The notes: generated by a model from the letters alone, not told the origin. 54,364 bases of DNA from an uncultured cyanobacterium (GCA_937128595.1 CAKZMO010000005.1:1-54364), one strand, 5' to 3'; counted from the first letter of the stretch, positions 41,280 to 50,476 are shown. A program made the numbers and translations.

Positions 41280-41525
41280 ATGGCAAAACATACTCAAGCT
41301 CATTTTTCCAAAACCTTTGACGCTGGATTACCTCCGGCGATGAAAGAACGCGAAAAAATGAAGATGGAATACTACATGGGAGCAAAATTACTTGAAGTTG
41401 GCATCAATCCTAAATCCGCGATTTATCGGTGGACTACAGAACCGAAAGGAAGTCGCGAAGTGTGGACTTGCAGTGCCTATTGGGGAGACTCCAAAGAAAG
41501 AGTGTTGCAGGAAGAGCAAGCTTGA
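41280..41525 (+). CDS. Hypothetical protein, 81 aa
   Basis: ORF track entry. The sequence is Lys/Glu-rich and soluble-looking. It has no HIP1 and no recognised family. Confidence 0.4.
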   Translation: MAKHTQAHFSKTFDAGLPPAMKEREKMKMEYYMGAKLLEVGINPKSAIYRWTTEPKGSREVWTCSAYWGDSKERVLQEEQA

Positions 41526-41651
41526 GCATGAGGTTCCAAGCGTTCAGGTTCAATGGAAAAATCCAGAACGAAGGTCAGCTTGAAAGCCTTACTTCACAGC
41601 AAATCAGTCTCGATTAATTTTCCAATCAAATCAACAGCCTAGTCCATCGAA

Positions 41652-42422
41652 TCATGATCGAAACAGGCTGAATCGCTCTAGCTGGGCTTCTAGAGTGCTC
41701 GGCAGAAGTGTTTTGAGCTGAGAAGCATTGCGAAACTGTAAGCGGTTAGATCCGGGTAAATCGAAGGGAAAAATGCCTGGCATCTCCGATCGCTCCATTT
41801 GAGCCACAAGAACCTGCTCAGCCCGTTTGCACTGCAGTGCATATCCAACCTCAACACAGACATTGGGACTAGGAATGAGATGGATAGGACTATCTCCGAT
41901 CGCCAAAATAGGAGTGACGTCGGCAATGAAAAGAAGGCTCTGACGGATTTTTCGCATGAGCGAACTGTTGAGGCGAGTCGGGCCTTCGGTCAAGCGATGA
42001 GACTCTTCTAGAACAAGAGGAATGCGCGATCGCTTGTTGAGACTATCAATTGATTGTTGAAGTTCTTCACGTAGGCGATCGCTCGATTCGGCATATTCAA
42101 GCTGATAGCAAAAGAAAATAGATGGCTCCAAGTGAGCCAGAGAGTCTTGCTTCGTAAAGTAAATCTCGTGGCTGATCAAATCGACATTGGCCACGGTATA
42201 GGTGCCGCTGCCTTCGACATAAAATTCCGGCGAACCGCCTGCGAGATAGGACTGAAACCACGCAGATTGCTTGACCTCATGACTTTCGTCTAGAAAGTCG
42301 GCGCGCAACCCCGACTTCAGTAGACTGTTGCGGCTAAGGCGCAAGTCAGGGGGGCGACTTTCAACTTCTCTAATTGGCTCATACTCTGCTAAATACCAAG
42401 CTCGCAGTGCAATGATCGCCAT
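41652..42422 (-). CDS. Protein with a C-terminal TIR-like / nucleoside 2-deoxyribosyltransferase-like Rossmann domain and an unrecognised N-terminal domain
   Basis: 256 aa. The C-terminal half shows the strand/helix pattern IFFCYQ...IPLVLEE...SLLFIADVTPI...SPNVCVEVGYALQC...QVLVAQ. NV-x-x-E-x-GY is the motif shared by N-deoxyribosyltransferase and TIR-like (COG4271/Cap12-like) domains. It contains two HIP1 octamers. Confidence 0.55.
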   Translation of the reverse strand: MAIIALRAWYLAEYEPIREVESRPPDLRLSRNSLLKSGLRADFLDESHEVKQSAWFQSYLAGGSPEFYVEGSGTYTVANVDLISHEIYFTKQDSLAHLEPSIFFCYQLEYAESSDRLREELQQSIDSLNKRSRIPLVLEESHRLTEGPTRLNSSLMRKIRQSLLFIADVTPILAIGDSPIHLIPSPNVCVEVGYALQCKRAEQVLVAQMERSEMPGIFPFDLPGSNRLQFRNASQLKTLLPSTLEAQLERFSLFRS

Positions 42423-43119
42423 AACGCATCAACCTGACCGTCTAGACGTGGGCTGAGGTAAACCAGAACGTTACTGGATCGTATGATCTAGTTTGACCTT
42501 AAGTCTCAAGCCTACCCCAAAAAAGCAAAATTAGCTGTACTGCTATCGCAATTTAAGCCTTTAAACGACAACAACGCCCAAAGAGGAAGCTTCCGATTCA
42601 CCTTCGCAACTTTCTACAGACTATGTGGAGCGACGTACTTTTATGCAAACTCGATTCAAGATCGAGAATGGCACATCTAGGCTCCCATTGATCATTTTGG
42701 AAAGTTTCGGTGCTTCCTTTCGGACGTTGCTGGATTCGAAAAAGCAGATCTTTTTGTAAACAGCTCTTTTACCTCTTATCTAGTGGACGAAATTGGCTGT
42801 CAAATCTGCCAGATGAAGCGTTACTTGCTTCACTTTTTAGAATACCAAGGCTTTTACTTATCCGATCAACTTAGATACCAAAATTTACCTTTCCCCCCCC
42901 AAGTTTAACGAGCCAGCAGTCATGAGTTGAGACACGATATCAATCTTGAATGTATTGACATACTTGTATATATATCAATCTCACTTAGCCGTTCACAAGC
43001 GATTTAGTATCGCTGTTTTCTTTTAAGCTGATCTGAGAAGTTGTTAGGCTGACTGATATTTGACCGTGTAAAAAGCCGTAGTTCAAGCAATTTAAAGGCG
43101 CTCAAACTGCGAGTAGTCT

Positions 43120-43721
43120 TCAGTTATCAATAGGGGAGCCAAACGGTTTATGAATGAGCCAAGACGCTTTCACAACAAACGATAGCCAATTTATAAACTT
43201 TGAAAACCTCTCCAAAACAATAGCACCCAGTCTATGACTGAGTGCTTCCTCAACGGTTTCGAACTTACTGTGGAGTTGCGGTATTCTTGCTAAACTTCTA
43301 GTTGTTGCGTTCTGGCTAGAAGGGCTTATATTTTTGCAAAAAATGCATTGCTCCCTATTTTCTATTAAGAGGAAATAACGGTAACTTGGCCGGGTGCTAT
43401 TGAGATAACACGAGACAGATTTGAATAACTCAGTATTAACCTCCTTGTCACCTTGACACGTTGCAAATTCGTATTTGTTTGACGTTTAGACTTCATAAGT
43501 CAAATTGTCAAATCTGTCAGGGAAGTTCTTCACTTCCCCTTTACTATAGCGTGCTTGTTACGCCCCAAAAGTTGATGGAAATCAAAGTTTACGACATCTG
43601 AATCAAGGACTTTTGTCTGCACTAAAAAATGCAAAATGCTGAGATATGTTCGTGGGATACAACGCTCATTTCTTTGCAGTTTCATCCGTGGGGGATGTTT
43701 GTTTTGGGTTGCGGATTGCAT
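43120..43721 (-). pseudogene. Possible decayed gene: a 63-aa ORF followed, in a different frame, by a 121-codon open frame with no early start codon
   Basis: Minus-strand ORF 43530-43721 starts 27 nt after the plsY stop. Frame 43123-43485 has 121 codons with no stop, and no ATG/GTG/TTG occurs until its last ~33 codons (...YRYFLLIENREQCIFCKNISPSSQNATTRSLARIPQLHSKFETVEEALSHRLGAIVLERF...). Confidence 0.2.
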
Positions 43722-43747
43722 CTACGAGGCCGATACCGTGTGGGAAC

Positions 43748-44431
43748 TCAAAGAGAAGCAGATGAAGAGTCTTCGGACGATTGTGACCCTAATCGAGACT
43801 CTGTCCCGTTGAGAATACGCTGAATGTTGCGGCGGTGTGTCGCCACAATATAGAGAGCAGCAAGCAATCCAAATAGGATGAGGGGTAGCGGTTGTTGAGC
43901 GATCGCCATCACCACAGGAACAGTAATCGCCCCTGCAATCGAGCCAAGGGAAACAATGCGTGAAATCGAGACCGTGATCACAAAAACAGCGATCGCCATC
44001 AGAGCTGACGGCCAATAGAGCGCTAGCAAAATGCCCAACGAAGTCGCGACCGATTTGCCCCCGGTAAACTGAAGCCAGACCGATCGACTGTGACCCAAAA
44101 TAGCGGCAAACCCAGCGAGGATTGTCAGCCAAGCACCCCATGGGCTAGAGGTAATAGAATCGGGCGCAGCAGATGTCACAGCAGGCAGGACCGCAACCCA
44201 TCGCGCTAGAGCGATCGCCAGCACGCCTTTCAGCATGTCAATTCCCAGCACTGCAAAACCTGGGCCTTTGCCTAGGTTTCTCAATACGTTTGTTGCGCCT
44301 GTCGAGCCTGAGCCGTGACTGCGAAGATCAATGCCTTTGAGCCAGCGCCCTGCAAGATATCCAGTCGGCACCGATCCGAGTAAATAGGCTGCAACCAACG
44401 TCAGTAGACTCCAGCCAAGCCATACCACCAT
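43748..44431 (-). CDS. plsY: Glycerol-3-phosphate acyltransferase PlsY
   Basis: 227 aa. Contains AAYLLGSVPTGYLAGRWLKGIDLRSHGSGSTGATNVLR, and FTGGKSVATSLG appears later. There is a short Ser-rich C-terminal tail. Confidence 0.93.
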   Translation of the reverse strand: MVVWLGWSLLTLVAAYLLGSVPTGYLAGRWLKGIDLRSHGSGSTGATNVLRNLGKGPGFAVLGIDMLKGVLAIALARWVAVLPAVTSAAPDSITSSPWGAWLTILAGFAAILGHSRSVWLQFTGGKSVATSLGILLALYWPSALMAIAVFVITVSISRIVSLGSIAGAITVPVVMAIAQQPLPLILFGLLAALYIVATHRRNIQRILNGTESRLGSQSSEDSSSASL

Positions 44432-44526
44432 GAGTCTTTCCCCTTACTTGATGCAACTCTAAAAAGCAGTAACAGTTTACACCGTTGATTTGGTCTTGAA
44501 TGGGGCTGCATCAAAACGGATAAGAG

Positions 44527-44572
44527 AGGGCGATCGCCAACACGAAGCGATCGCCCTTCCCTTTCTTGTTTT
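44527..44572. terminator. 11-bp hairpin built from two HIP1 octamers, between the DUF3086-like gene and plsY
   Basis: agggcgatcgc (44527-44537) pairs with gcgatcgccct (44547-44557). On the plus strand TCCCTTTCTTGTTTT follows. On the minus strand the hairpin lies 50-80 nt after the stop at 44607. Confidence 0.4.
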
Positions 44573-44606
44573 CGAGGCTTCCCTAGCCAATCATCGACAA
44601 AGTCTG

Positions 44607-45695
44607 TCAGTACATCCCCATCGGATCTTTGGGATCAGGCGCAAAGGCCAACCAGAGTGGAAACTGCAAAATCGACAAACTCACCGCTTCTTCTGCCTCA
44701 TCGACGATGATGATAGGGAGTAGCTCCTGGTCAATGAGTCGATCGGCACGTTGCGCGATCGCTTCTGGAGCCTCAAACAGAACAACGCCCTCATTTGAAC
44801 CGAAGTCAGCTCGCGAGATTCCGAGACAATCTTGCAGACCCCGTCTCCATTCACCCAATCGCTCAGGAGAGTCCCCCAGAACCAGCGCCCGGACGCGATC
44901 GCCATACAGAGTTCTAAGAACAGAAATGGCCGCAGATGCCACGAGAATGTTTTGGAGACGTGATCCCAACGTGCGGAGCGCACCTCGACCTCCCTGCTCA
45001 AAAAACCACTGCCCGACTCGATCAGCATGAATTGGCTCGAAGGTTCGGCGCAGATGCCAAGGAGGCCCATAATAATCAGGCATCATCCGGTACTGGTCGA
45101 GAATTTGGCGAATCCGCTGCACCTCATCTTCAAACGGTTGCTCTGCGAACTGAAGCTGTGGCTTCCCAACGTCGCCAACGGGTGGAGTCGGGACTGGTTC
45201 AGGCTGTGGAATCACTTCCAGAGGGGGACGCCTCGCAGCCTTGGGGCGTTTGGGCTCAACAACAATGGGCTCTCCGCTCCGTGGAATAGAGATGGGCTGA
45301 GGGGGTTGAGAAGGTTGAACGGTTCGAGGCGATAACTCTAGCTGTTCTGCTGCTGTCGTTAAATCTTGAAGGCTACCCACCAGGTAATCTTTAAAGCCTT
45401 GCAGACGAACTGCTAAATCTTGAGAGGCTCCCGCAAAGCTAGTGCGCATCTCTTCGCGAATCCGCTCCTGACGACGCTCTAATTGCTCAACTGAGAGTTG
45501 TAAAGTCTTTTTACGCTGCTCTAACTCGCTCAGCCCTTCCCGTAGAAGCCGACTCACCATCACTTGAGCGTCTTGAGACTGATCTTTTAGAGTTTTTTCG
45601 TATGTTTGCTTGAGATCGATAATCTCGCGCTTGAGTCTCTGTTCTTCTCGTCGCAGTTCATCGAGTCGTTGAGAGAGATTTGTTTCTTCATCCAT
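44607..45695 (-). CDS. Cyanobacterial coiled-coil protein (DUF3086-like)
   Basis: 362 aa. It has an N-terminal coiled coil (LDELRREEQRLKREIIDLKQ...), a Pro-rich linker, and a conserved-looking C-terminal domain (MMPDYYGPPWHLRRTFEPIHADRV...LPIIIVDEAEE). The family assignment is from memory and has not been searched. Confidence 0.65.
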   Translation of the reverse strand: MDEETNLSQRLDELRREEQRLKREIIDLKQTYEKTLKDQSQDAQVMVSRLLREGLSELEQRKKTLQLSVEQLERRQERIREEMRTSFAGASQDLAVRLQGFKDYLVGSLQDLTTAAEQLELSPRTVQPSQPPQPISIPRSGEPIVVEPKRPKAARRPPLEVIPQPEPVPTPPVGDVGKPQLQFAEQPFEDEVQRIRQILDQYRMMPDYYGPPWHLRRTFEPIHADRVGQWFFEQGGRGALRTLGSRLQNILVASAAISVLRTLYGDRVRALVLGDSPERLGEWRRGLQDCLGISRADFGSNEGVVLFEAPEAIAQRADRLIDQELLPIIIVDEAEEAVSLSILQFPLWLAFAPDPKDPMGMY

Positions 45696-45890
45696 TGCGT
45701 TTTAAGAAGAGCGTAATAATCCAAGAGAACATTGATATTGCCCGTCCACGCTAGTCTCGTGGCTTGAGCCTGACAGCATTATCTGGCGATCGCGCAACGG
45801 TTTCAAATAAATTCTTCAGGCCAAGCAATATAGCGGCCCCACAATGTCCCTGAAGTTTAGTAGTGAATGGCGATCGCCAACATCGTTTCG

Positions 45891-46334
45891 CTATGTCTGT
45901 TGGGGAAGCTGGCGCTGTTGGAGACAGTCGCGCAGCCCTTTGGGGTCGAACAATACGGGCAAAAAGTGAATACTCTTCACTTCCTTGAAATAAAACAAAA
46001 TCGGAACAGGCATCCAGAAAATTTGCCAGTTCTGCCAATCTGAGTAGGGAAATCGTCGGAGGAGCTTTTCTCCCCGAAAGATGTCTAGAGCAGTGGCGGT
46101 AAACACCAGACGCAGAGTCACCGCTTGAAACAGCAGAAAAACACCAAAAAGTGCGATCGCCAAGCTGACCCAAGGAGAAACGAGCAGCAACGGAACGGCA
46201 ATCAACACTAAGGCAATCGGTAGATTGTAGCTGGGCGAGAGCGTTACTTCAGAGTCGGCAGACGGGGTATAAGTCGCTTCAGTCACGCTGACGATCCTCC
46301 ATGGAGAGACAATTCTTCGACAAGGTCTTATCAA
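45891..46334 (-). CDS. Small two-TM membrane protein (DUF3119-like)
   Basis: It has two hydrophobic helices (LPIALVLIAVPLLLV and LAIALFGVFLLFQAV), followed by FRGEKLLRRFPYSDWQNWQIFWMPVPILFYFKEVKSIHFLP. The start is more likely GTG 46286 than ATG 46334. Confidence 0.6.
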   Translation of the reverse strand: MIRPCRRIVSPWRIVSVTEATYTPSADSEVTLSPSYNLPIALVLIAVPLLLVSPWVSLAIALFGVFLLFQAVTLRLVFTATALDIFRGEKLLRRFPYSDWQNWQIFWMPVPILFYFKEVKSIHFLPVLFDPKGLRDCLQQRQLPQQT

Positions 46335-46466
46335 TGAAATGAGTTCGATTTTGGAACTTAAACACGCCAGAAAGGGGCTTCTGGGATAGTTTTATCTTAA
46401 ACATCTACAGCTCTGACCGCTGTGGAGACCGCTGTGGAGATAGTGTCCTGGGCTTCTCCCCGAGGC

Positions 46467-47261
46467 TTAAATACCCCCTGCCGCATTTCCAACTCCCTGA
46501 AACATCAACCAAGATAGGAAAAAGTTTGAGACAAATATCATCAGTAATGCGGTAACGACAGCCGTTGTTGTCGATTGTCCGACGCCTTTGGCTCCACCCG
46601 TTGTTGTCAGTCCCCAACTGCTCCCGATCACGGCCACGATCGCCCCAAACACGATCGCCTTAATGATCATGCTAATGATGTCCCAGGTGTTCAAAAAATT
46701 TTGCACGGAGTCGAGAAACACTGAGTAGCTGATGTTATAGAAGCGATCCGCAAGAATCAATCCACCTGACATCCCGGTCACAAACGACAAGACGCTCAGA
46801 ATTGGCATCATCATACAGCAAGCCAAGACCCGAGGAATTACTAGATAATCAATCGGATCGGTTTTGAGTACTTGCAACGCATCGATCTGTTCGGTCACCA
46901 CCATCGTTCCAATTTCAGCGGCAAAGGCCGAGCCCACACGACCAGCTAGAATGATACCCGTCAAAACCGGGGTCAACTCTCGAACCAAGGCAAGCGCCAA
47001 AACACCCCCAACAGCTGCACTCGCGCCAAAGTTGATAAACTCACGGGCAACCTGAATTGTAAACACCATTCCGACCGTAGCAGCAGTCAATAGGGCAATC
47101 AGCAAAGACCCTGGCCCCACCGTAGCCAGTTGCTCCACTGTGTTGCGTCGATGGATTCTAGCTCCTGCCAGGTGAGTCACAACTTGCCCTCCCAAAAACA
47201 GCGCTGCAACCAGACGCTGAAACCATCGACGCAATGAGCTAAGTGCATCTGACTTCATCAA
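46467..47261 (-). CDS. mlaE: MlaE/TGD1-type lipid ABC transporter permease
   Basis: 264 aa. Contains GPGSLLIALLTAATVGMVFTIQ, VRELTPVLTGIILAGRVGSAFAAEIGTMVVTEQIDALQVL and DPIDYLVIPRVLA. Confidence 0.9.
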   Translation of the reverse strand: MMKSDALSSLRRWFQRLVAALFLGGQVVTHLAGARIHRRNTVEQLATVGPGSLLIALLTAATVGMVFTIQVAREFINFGASAAVGGVLALALVRELTPVLTGIILAGRVGSAFAAEIGTMVVTEQIDALQVLKTDPIDYLVIPRVLACCMMMPILSVLSFVTGMSGGLILADRFYNISYSVFLDSVQNFLNTWDIISMIIKAIVFGAIVAVIGSSWGLTTTGGAKGVGQSTTTAVVTALLMIFVSNFFLSWLMFQGVGNAAGGI

Positions 47262-47411
47262 TCGTTTTCTCCTTGGGCAGATCGCTGGACGAGCATCTAA
47301 ACATATTGCACCAAGACCTCATCACGATTGCAGCGACTATAGGCTTAGTATATTGGCTCAAGCTGATGGAGCGACTTTGGGGAAATGAACGACCCCCACG
47401 ACAGCATCTAA

Positions 47412-47459
47412 ATGGAACTCTTGATTTTGCAGATGATGGAACTCTTGATTTTGTAGATG
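47412..47459 (+). repeat. 24-bp x2 tandem duplication in an ORF-poor spacer
   Basis: atggaactcttgattttgcagatg (47412-47435) is followed by atggaactcttgattttgtagatg (47436-47459), with one mismatch. Confidence 0.85.
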
Positions 47460-47842
47460 CTAGAAAAAAGCTCTCAAGAGAAACTCCGTTCGAATTCTGT
47501 AGCGATCGCCACCCCTAGATGGTCAGATCATGAAGAAACTATAGATATTTCTTAAGGAAGATTTAAGATTTTTGAATTATTCCCAAAATGGTGTCAGTTG
47601 CTCATATGGTGGTGAGTAATCTGATGAATCCATTGAATCTGCTCGAATACAGGTTGTTAGACAAGCTTGGGCTTGAGATCGCCTGTTTGAGCCTGTCAAG
47701 GAATCAGATGAACAGATGGGATGTTATGCCTGTTGAGTTAAGGATCGCAGTTCGTGACCGTCTATTGGGCTGTAGCAATACCTCAGCGTTCTCTAGATTG
47801 TCTGATTGCAGTCAACTCGTTCAATTCTGTTTCCTGCAAAGT

Positions 47843-47872
47843 TTCATTTCCTGAAAATTCATTTCCTGAAAA
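47843..47872 (+). repeat. 15-bp x2 perfect tandem duplication
   Basis: ttcatttcctgaaaa occurs at 47843-47857 and again at 47858-47872. Confidence 0.85.
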
Positions 47873-48110
47873 CATTCACACTGTAACAGCATCTTGCTGG
47901 GTGTGAAGTCTCGTTCAGACTTCAGCAATTTTGCAATGACCTCTTCTATGATTGAGTGGCTCCGCACGTCATCCTGTCTTTTGCAATCAAACCTCTTTTT
48001 TATAGACATTATTTTCGGCCATTTTTATCTCTCTGATTTAATTTCTCTGGTTTAATTTGCTTAACCTAACTCGTCTTTAGCCTATCTATCGTTTGGATTT
48101 TAGATTGAGT

Positions 48111-48398
48111 ATGCTAATTCATCTTCTGCGTTCCCTGGTTCTAACTGGCATTGCTGGGTTTATTGCCCCTCTGTTGTTTATGGGAATGCTTATCACTACT
48201 GCATTTCTGATCGGCTATGTGCCTGGGCTAGATGGCATCAGCCACGACAATCTAAACCGACTCACTCACTTTCTAAATGTCTTCGGAAGTGGCAGTCCGC
48301 TTCGAGGAGTTGTGGTGTTGGGAATTGTTGGAGGTTCTGTTGGGATGCTGTTTGATACCTATGCCCTGCTTGCAACATCGAAGTCAACCAGTCGTTAG
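48111..48398 (+). CDS. Hypothetical small membrane protein (about 3 TM)
   Basis: Hydrophobic segments LVLTGIAGFIAPLLFMGMLITTAFLIGYV and GVVVLGIVGGSVGMLF. ATG 48111 is preferred over the track's TTG 48093. Its 3' end overlaps the amylase stop by 4 nt. Confidence 0.5.
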   Translation: MLIHLLRSLVLTGIAGFIAPLLFMGMLITTAFLIGYVPGLDGISHDNLNRLTHFLNVFGSGSPLRGVVVLGIVGGSVGMLFDTYALLATSKSTSR

Positions 48399-50053
48399 GG
48401 ATCAGTTGAAATTTGATAGATGCCAAGGGACTTAGGCGGCATCGAGATGTGTAGGGTCTCGTTGTCAATCCGAACTGTTTCGGGTGCTTCTGTGGTGAGC
48501 TGGTTGGTTAGAATGACACCGTTTTGAAGGGCAGCGCGATCGCCTGGTTCCAAACTTGTGTTGATTTGAATGGGAACGGCAAGTTCTCCCGAAGCTTCAT
48601 CGCTATTGTTGACAACCACTACAACTCGATTTTCTCCCAATCCTCGGAAAAAGGCGTAGACATTGGGATTAGACGCCCCGTTTTGCCGCCACAGCTCTGC
48701 GTAATAGCCGCTGTGGAGCGCTGGATTGTCTTTGCGAAGTTCGATCAACCGCTGCACGTAGTCGAATGTCGCATCCGGATCGGCAAGGGCGATCGATGCG
48801 TCCTCTCCCGATACATCTTCTCGTCCTGAATTCGTCCAGGCCCAGTCCGGCATGTCGCGACGGTTGTCGGGATCAGCTCCGCCGTAGAGACCAATTTCGT
48901 TTCCGTAATAAAGCTGAGGAATACCCGGCAGAGTGAGCAGGGTTCCTAGCGCCAGATGATAGCGGCGGCGAATTTCATCTTCAGAAACTCCAAAACCTGG
49001 CTGATTCACAAAGCGAGGCATGTCGTGGTTGTCTACCAAGTTTGTCAGCATTAGAGCGCGATCGCCAAACTGAGTCCAGGTGGTGTCCATAATGGTGGCG
49101 ATCGCATCCACAGAACCCTCTTTGGCATACGCCTCCACAAAAGCGCTTTGGAGTGGAAAGTTAAAGGCGGAATCAAAGCCTGTATCCACTACATCTCGAA
49201 TTCGGTCGAGAGACTCAGCATCCAGCAATTCTCCAACTGTGAACAGTTGAGGATCGATTTGATTCACCAGGGGAATCCAGACGTTGCGGAAATAGCTTTG
49301 GGGAACATGCTTGAACGTGTCCATGCGAATGCCGTCAACAGGAAAGCGACGTAGCCAGCTCAGACTATGACGAGTGATGTAGTCCACTGCATCAGGATTG
49401 CGAAAGTCAATGTCAGGTAGCCCAGCCAAGGGACAAAAAACTTCTGGACTACCAATGGACTCACAAGCCGGAATCGATGGATTGAACCACTGTGGGCGCT
49501 GTTGTACTAAGCGAGCATCGTATCCGACATGGTTGACCACCTGGTCGAGAATAAATTTCATCTCGGTGCGGTGTAGATCTTGAATCAATCCGCGTAAATC
49601 AGCTTCTGTCCCAAGTTTGGGTTCTAATGCTTCATCGTCGGCTAGGGTCAGATCGGCCCAATAGCCGTGATAGCCGCAGGAATCGTTGATGACGCCAATC
49701 TGACGCAACACAGGAGTCGTCCACACTGCAGTGACACCCAGATCTTGTAGGTAATCAATGCGCTGTCGCAGACCCTCCCAGTCACCGCCATGAAATTTTG
49801 TCGGACTATCGGGGTCGAAACAGGACTCGTAACCCAGACGGTCGTTACCCGTGTCTCCATTCTCAAATCGATCAGGCATGACCAGATAAATAACCTGAGA
49901 CTGCCATTCAGACGGATTTGCTGCGGCATGTGCTGGAGCCACGAATGGAAATGAAGTCCAGCTGATAGAGGCGATCGCCATTGTCGTGACGGAGAAAGTC
50001 AAGGCAGAAGCAAAAGAGCGCGATCGCACCAAAAAAGAAGATGGAAACACCAT
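48395..50053 (-). CDS. Secreted GH13 alpha-amylase family glycosidase
   Basis: 552 aa with a signal peptide (...FVAPAHAAANP). GH13 regions appear in order: DRFENGD, FHGGDWEGLRQRIDYLQDLGVTAVWTTP, GYHGYWA, FILDQVVNHVG, DGIRMDTFKHV, VGELLD and VDNHDMPRF. Confidence 0.92.
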   Translation of the reverse strand: MVFPSSFLVRSRSFASALTFSVTTMAIASISWTSFPFVAPAHAAANPSEWQSQVIYLVMPDRFENGDTGNDRLGYESCFDPDSPTKFHGGDWEGLRQRIDYLQDLGVTAVWTTPVLRQIGVINDSCGYHGYWADLTLADDEALEPKLGTEADLRGLIQDLHRTEMKFILDQVVNHVGYDARLVQQRPQWFNPSIPACESIGSPEVFCPLAGLPDIDFRNPDAVDYITRHSLSWLRRFPVDGIRMDTFKHVPQSYFRNVWIPLVNQIDPQLFTVGELLDAESLDRIRDVVDTGFDSAFNFPLQSAFVEAYAKEGSVDAIATIMDTTWTQFGDRALMLTNLVDNHDMPRFVNQPGFGVSEDEIRRRYHLALGTLLTLPGIPQLYYGNEIGLYGGADPDNRRDMPDWAWTNSGREDVSGEDASIALADPDATFDYVQRLIELRKDNPALHSGYYAELWRQNGASNPNVYAFFRGLGENRVVVVVNNSDEASGELAVPIQINTSLEPGDRAALQNGVILTNQLTTEAPETVRIDNETLHISMPPKSLGIYQISTDP

Positions 50054-50199
50054 AATTGCCCAAAAATGTTCAAACCATCGAGAAAATATTTATTTTCAGA
50101 GCAAATCGTCAAAAATACGAAGGAAGGTACAGTCGAAAAGGATCAGGTCTTCTCTAAAATAAGATGGAGTTTAATCTTAATGAATGAATAGATGGAGAT

Positions 50200-50415
50200 C
50201 TAAACAATATGGTAGACAAACAAACTCCCATCACTCCAAGCCCGTCTGATGTCATTCCAGGGCTGGTTATTTTTCTGGCGATCAACTTTCTCGTTGCCGC
50301 CATGTACTTCAAGATTCTGAATCCATAATTTTGCTAGGGAAGGGATGGAAAAATCTTCCGTCCCTTCCTGAAAGAGTGAACTTTGAAATCTCTGTTGTAC
50401 TAAGTCTGAGTGCAT
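50200..50415 (-). CDS. Alternative hypothetical ORF (72-87 aa) antisense to the 39-aa candidate
   Basis: Track ORF 50200-50463. Its first start lies only 13 nt from the divergent ATG at 50477, so an internal ATG at 50415 would be needed. No family recognised. Confidence 0.25.
   Translation of the reverse strand: MHSDLVQQRFQSSLFQEGTEDFSIPSLAKLWIQNLEVHGGNEKVDRQKNNQPWNDIRRAWSDGSLFVYHIV
50209..50328 (+). CDS. Candidate 39-aa single-pass membrane peptide (not in the ORF track)
   Basis: ATG 50209 to TAA 50326-50328 encodes MVDKQTPITPSPSDVIPGLVIFLAINFLVAAMYFKILNP. GGAG lies at 50194-50197, 11 nt upstream. It competes with the antisense track ORF 50200-50463. Confidence 0.35.
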   Translation: MVDKQTPITPSPSDVIPGLVIFLAINFLVAAMYFKILNP

Positions 50416-50476
50416 TGCAGCTAAAGTTTCGAACTTATCTCTGCCGCAGACCGATCGACTCATCCTGCTAAAAGCT

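Noticed and set aside
44629-45335. Plus-strand ORFs of 102-133 aa and a 129-aa minus-strand ORF
   Set aside because: All overlap the 362-aa coiled-coil/DUF3086-like gene in other frames, and their Arg/Ser/Pro-rich sequences look like shadow frames.
45751-46173. 140-aa minus-strand ORF
   Set aside because: It overlaps the two-TM DUF3119-like ORF in another frame and has a non-protein-like composition.
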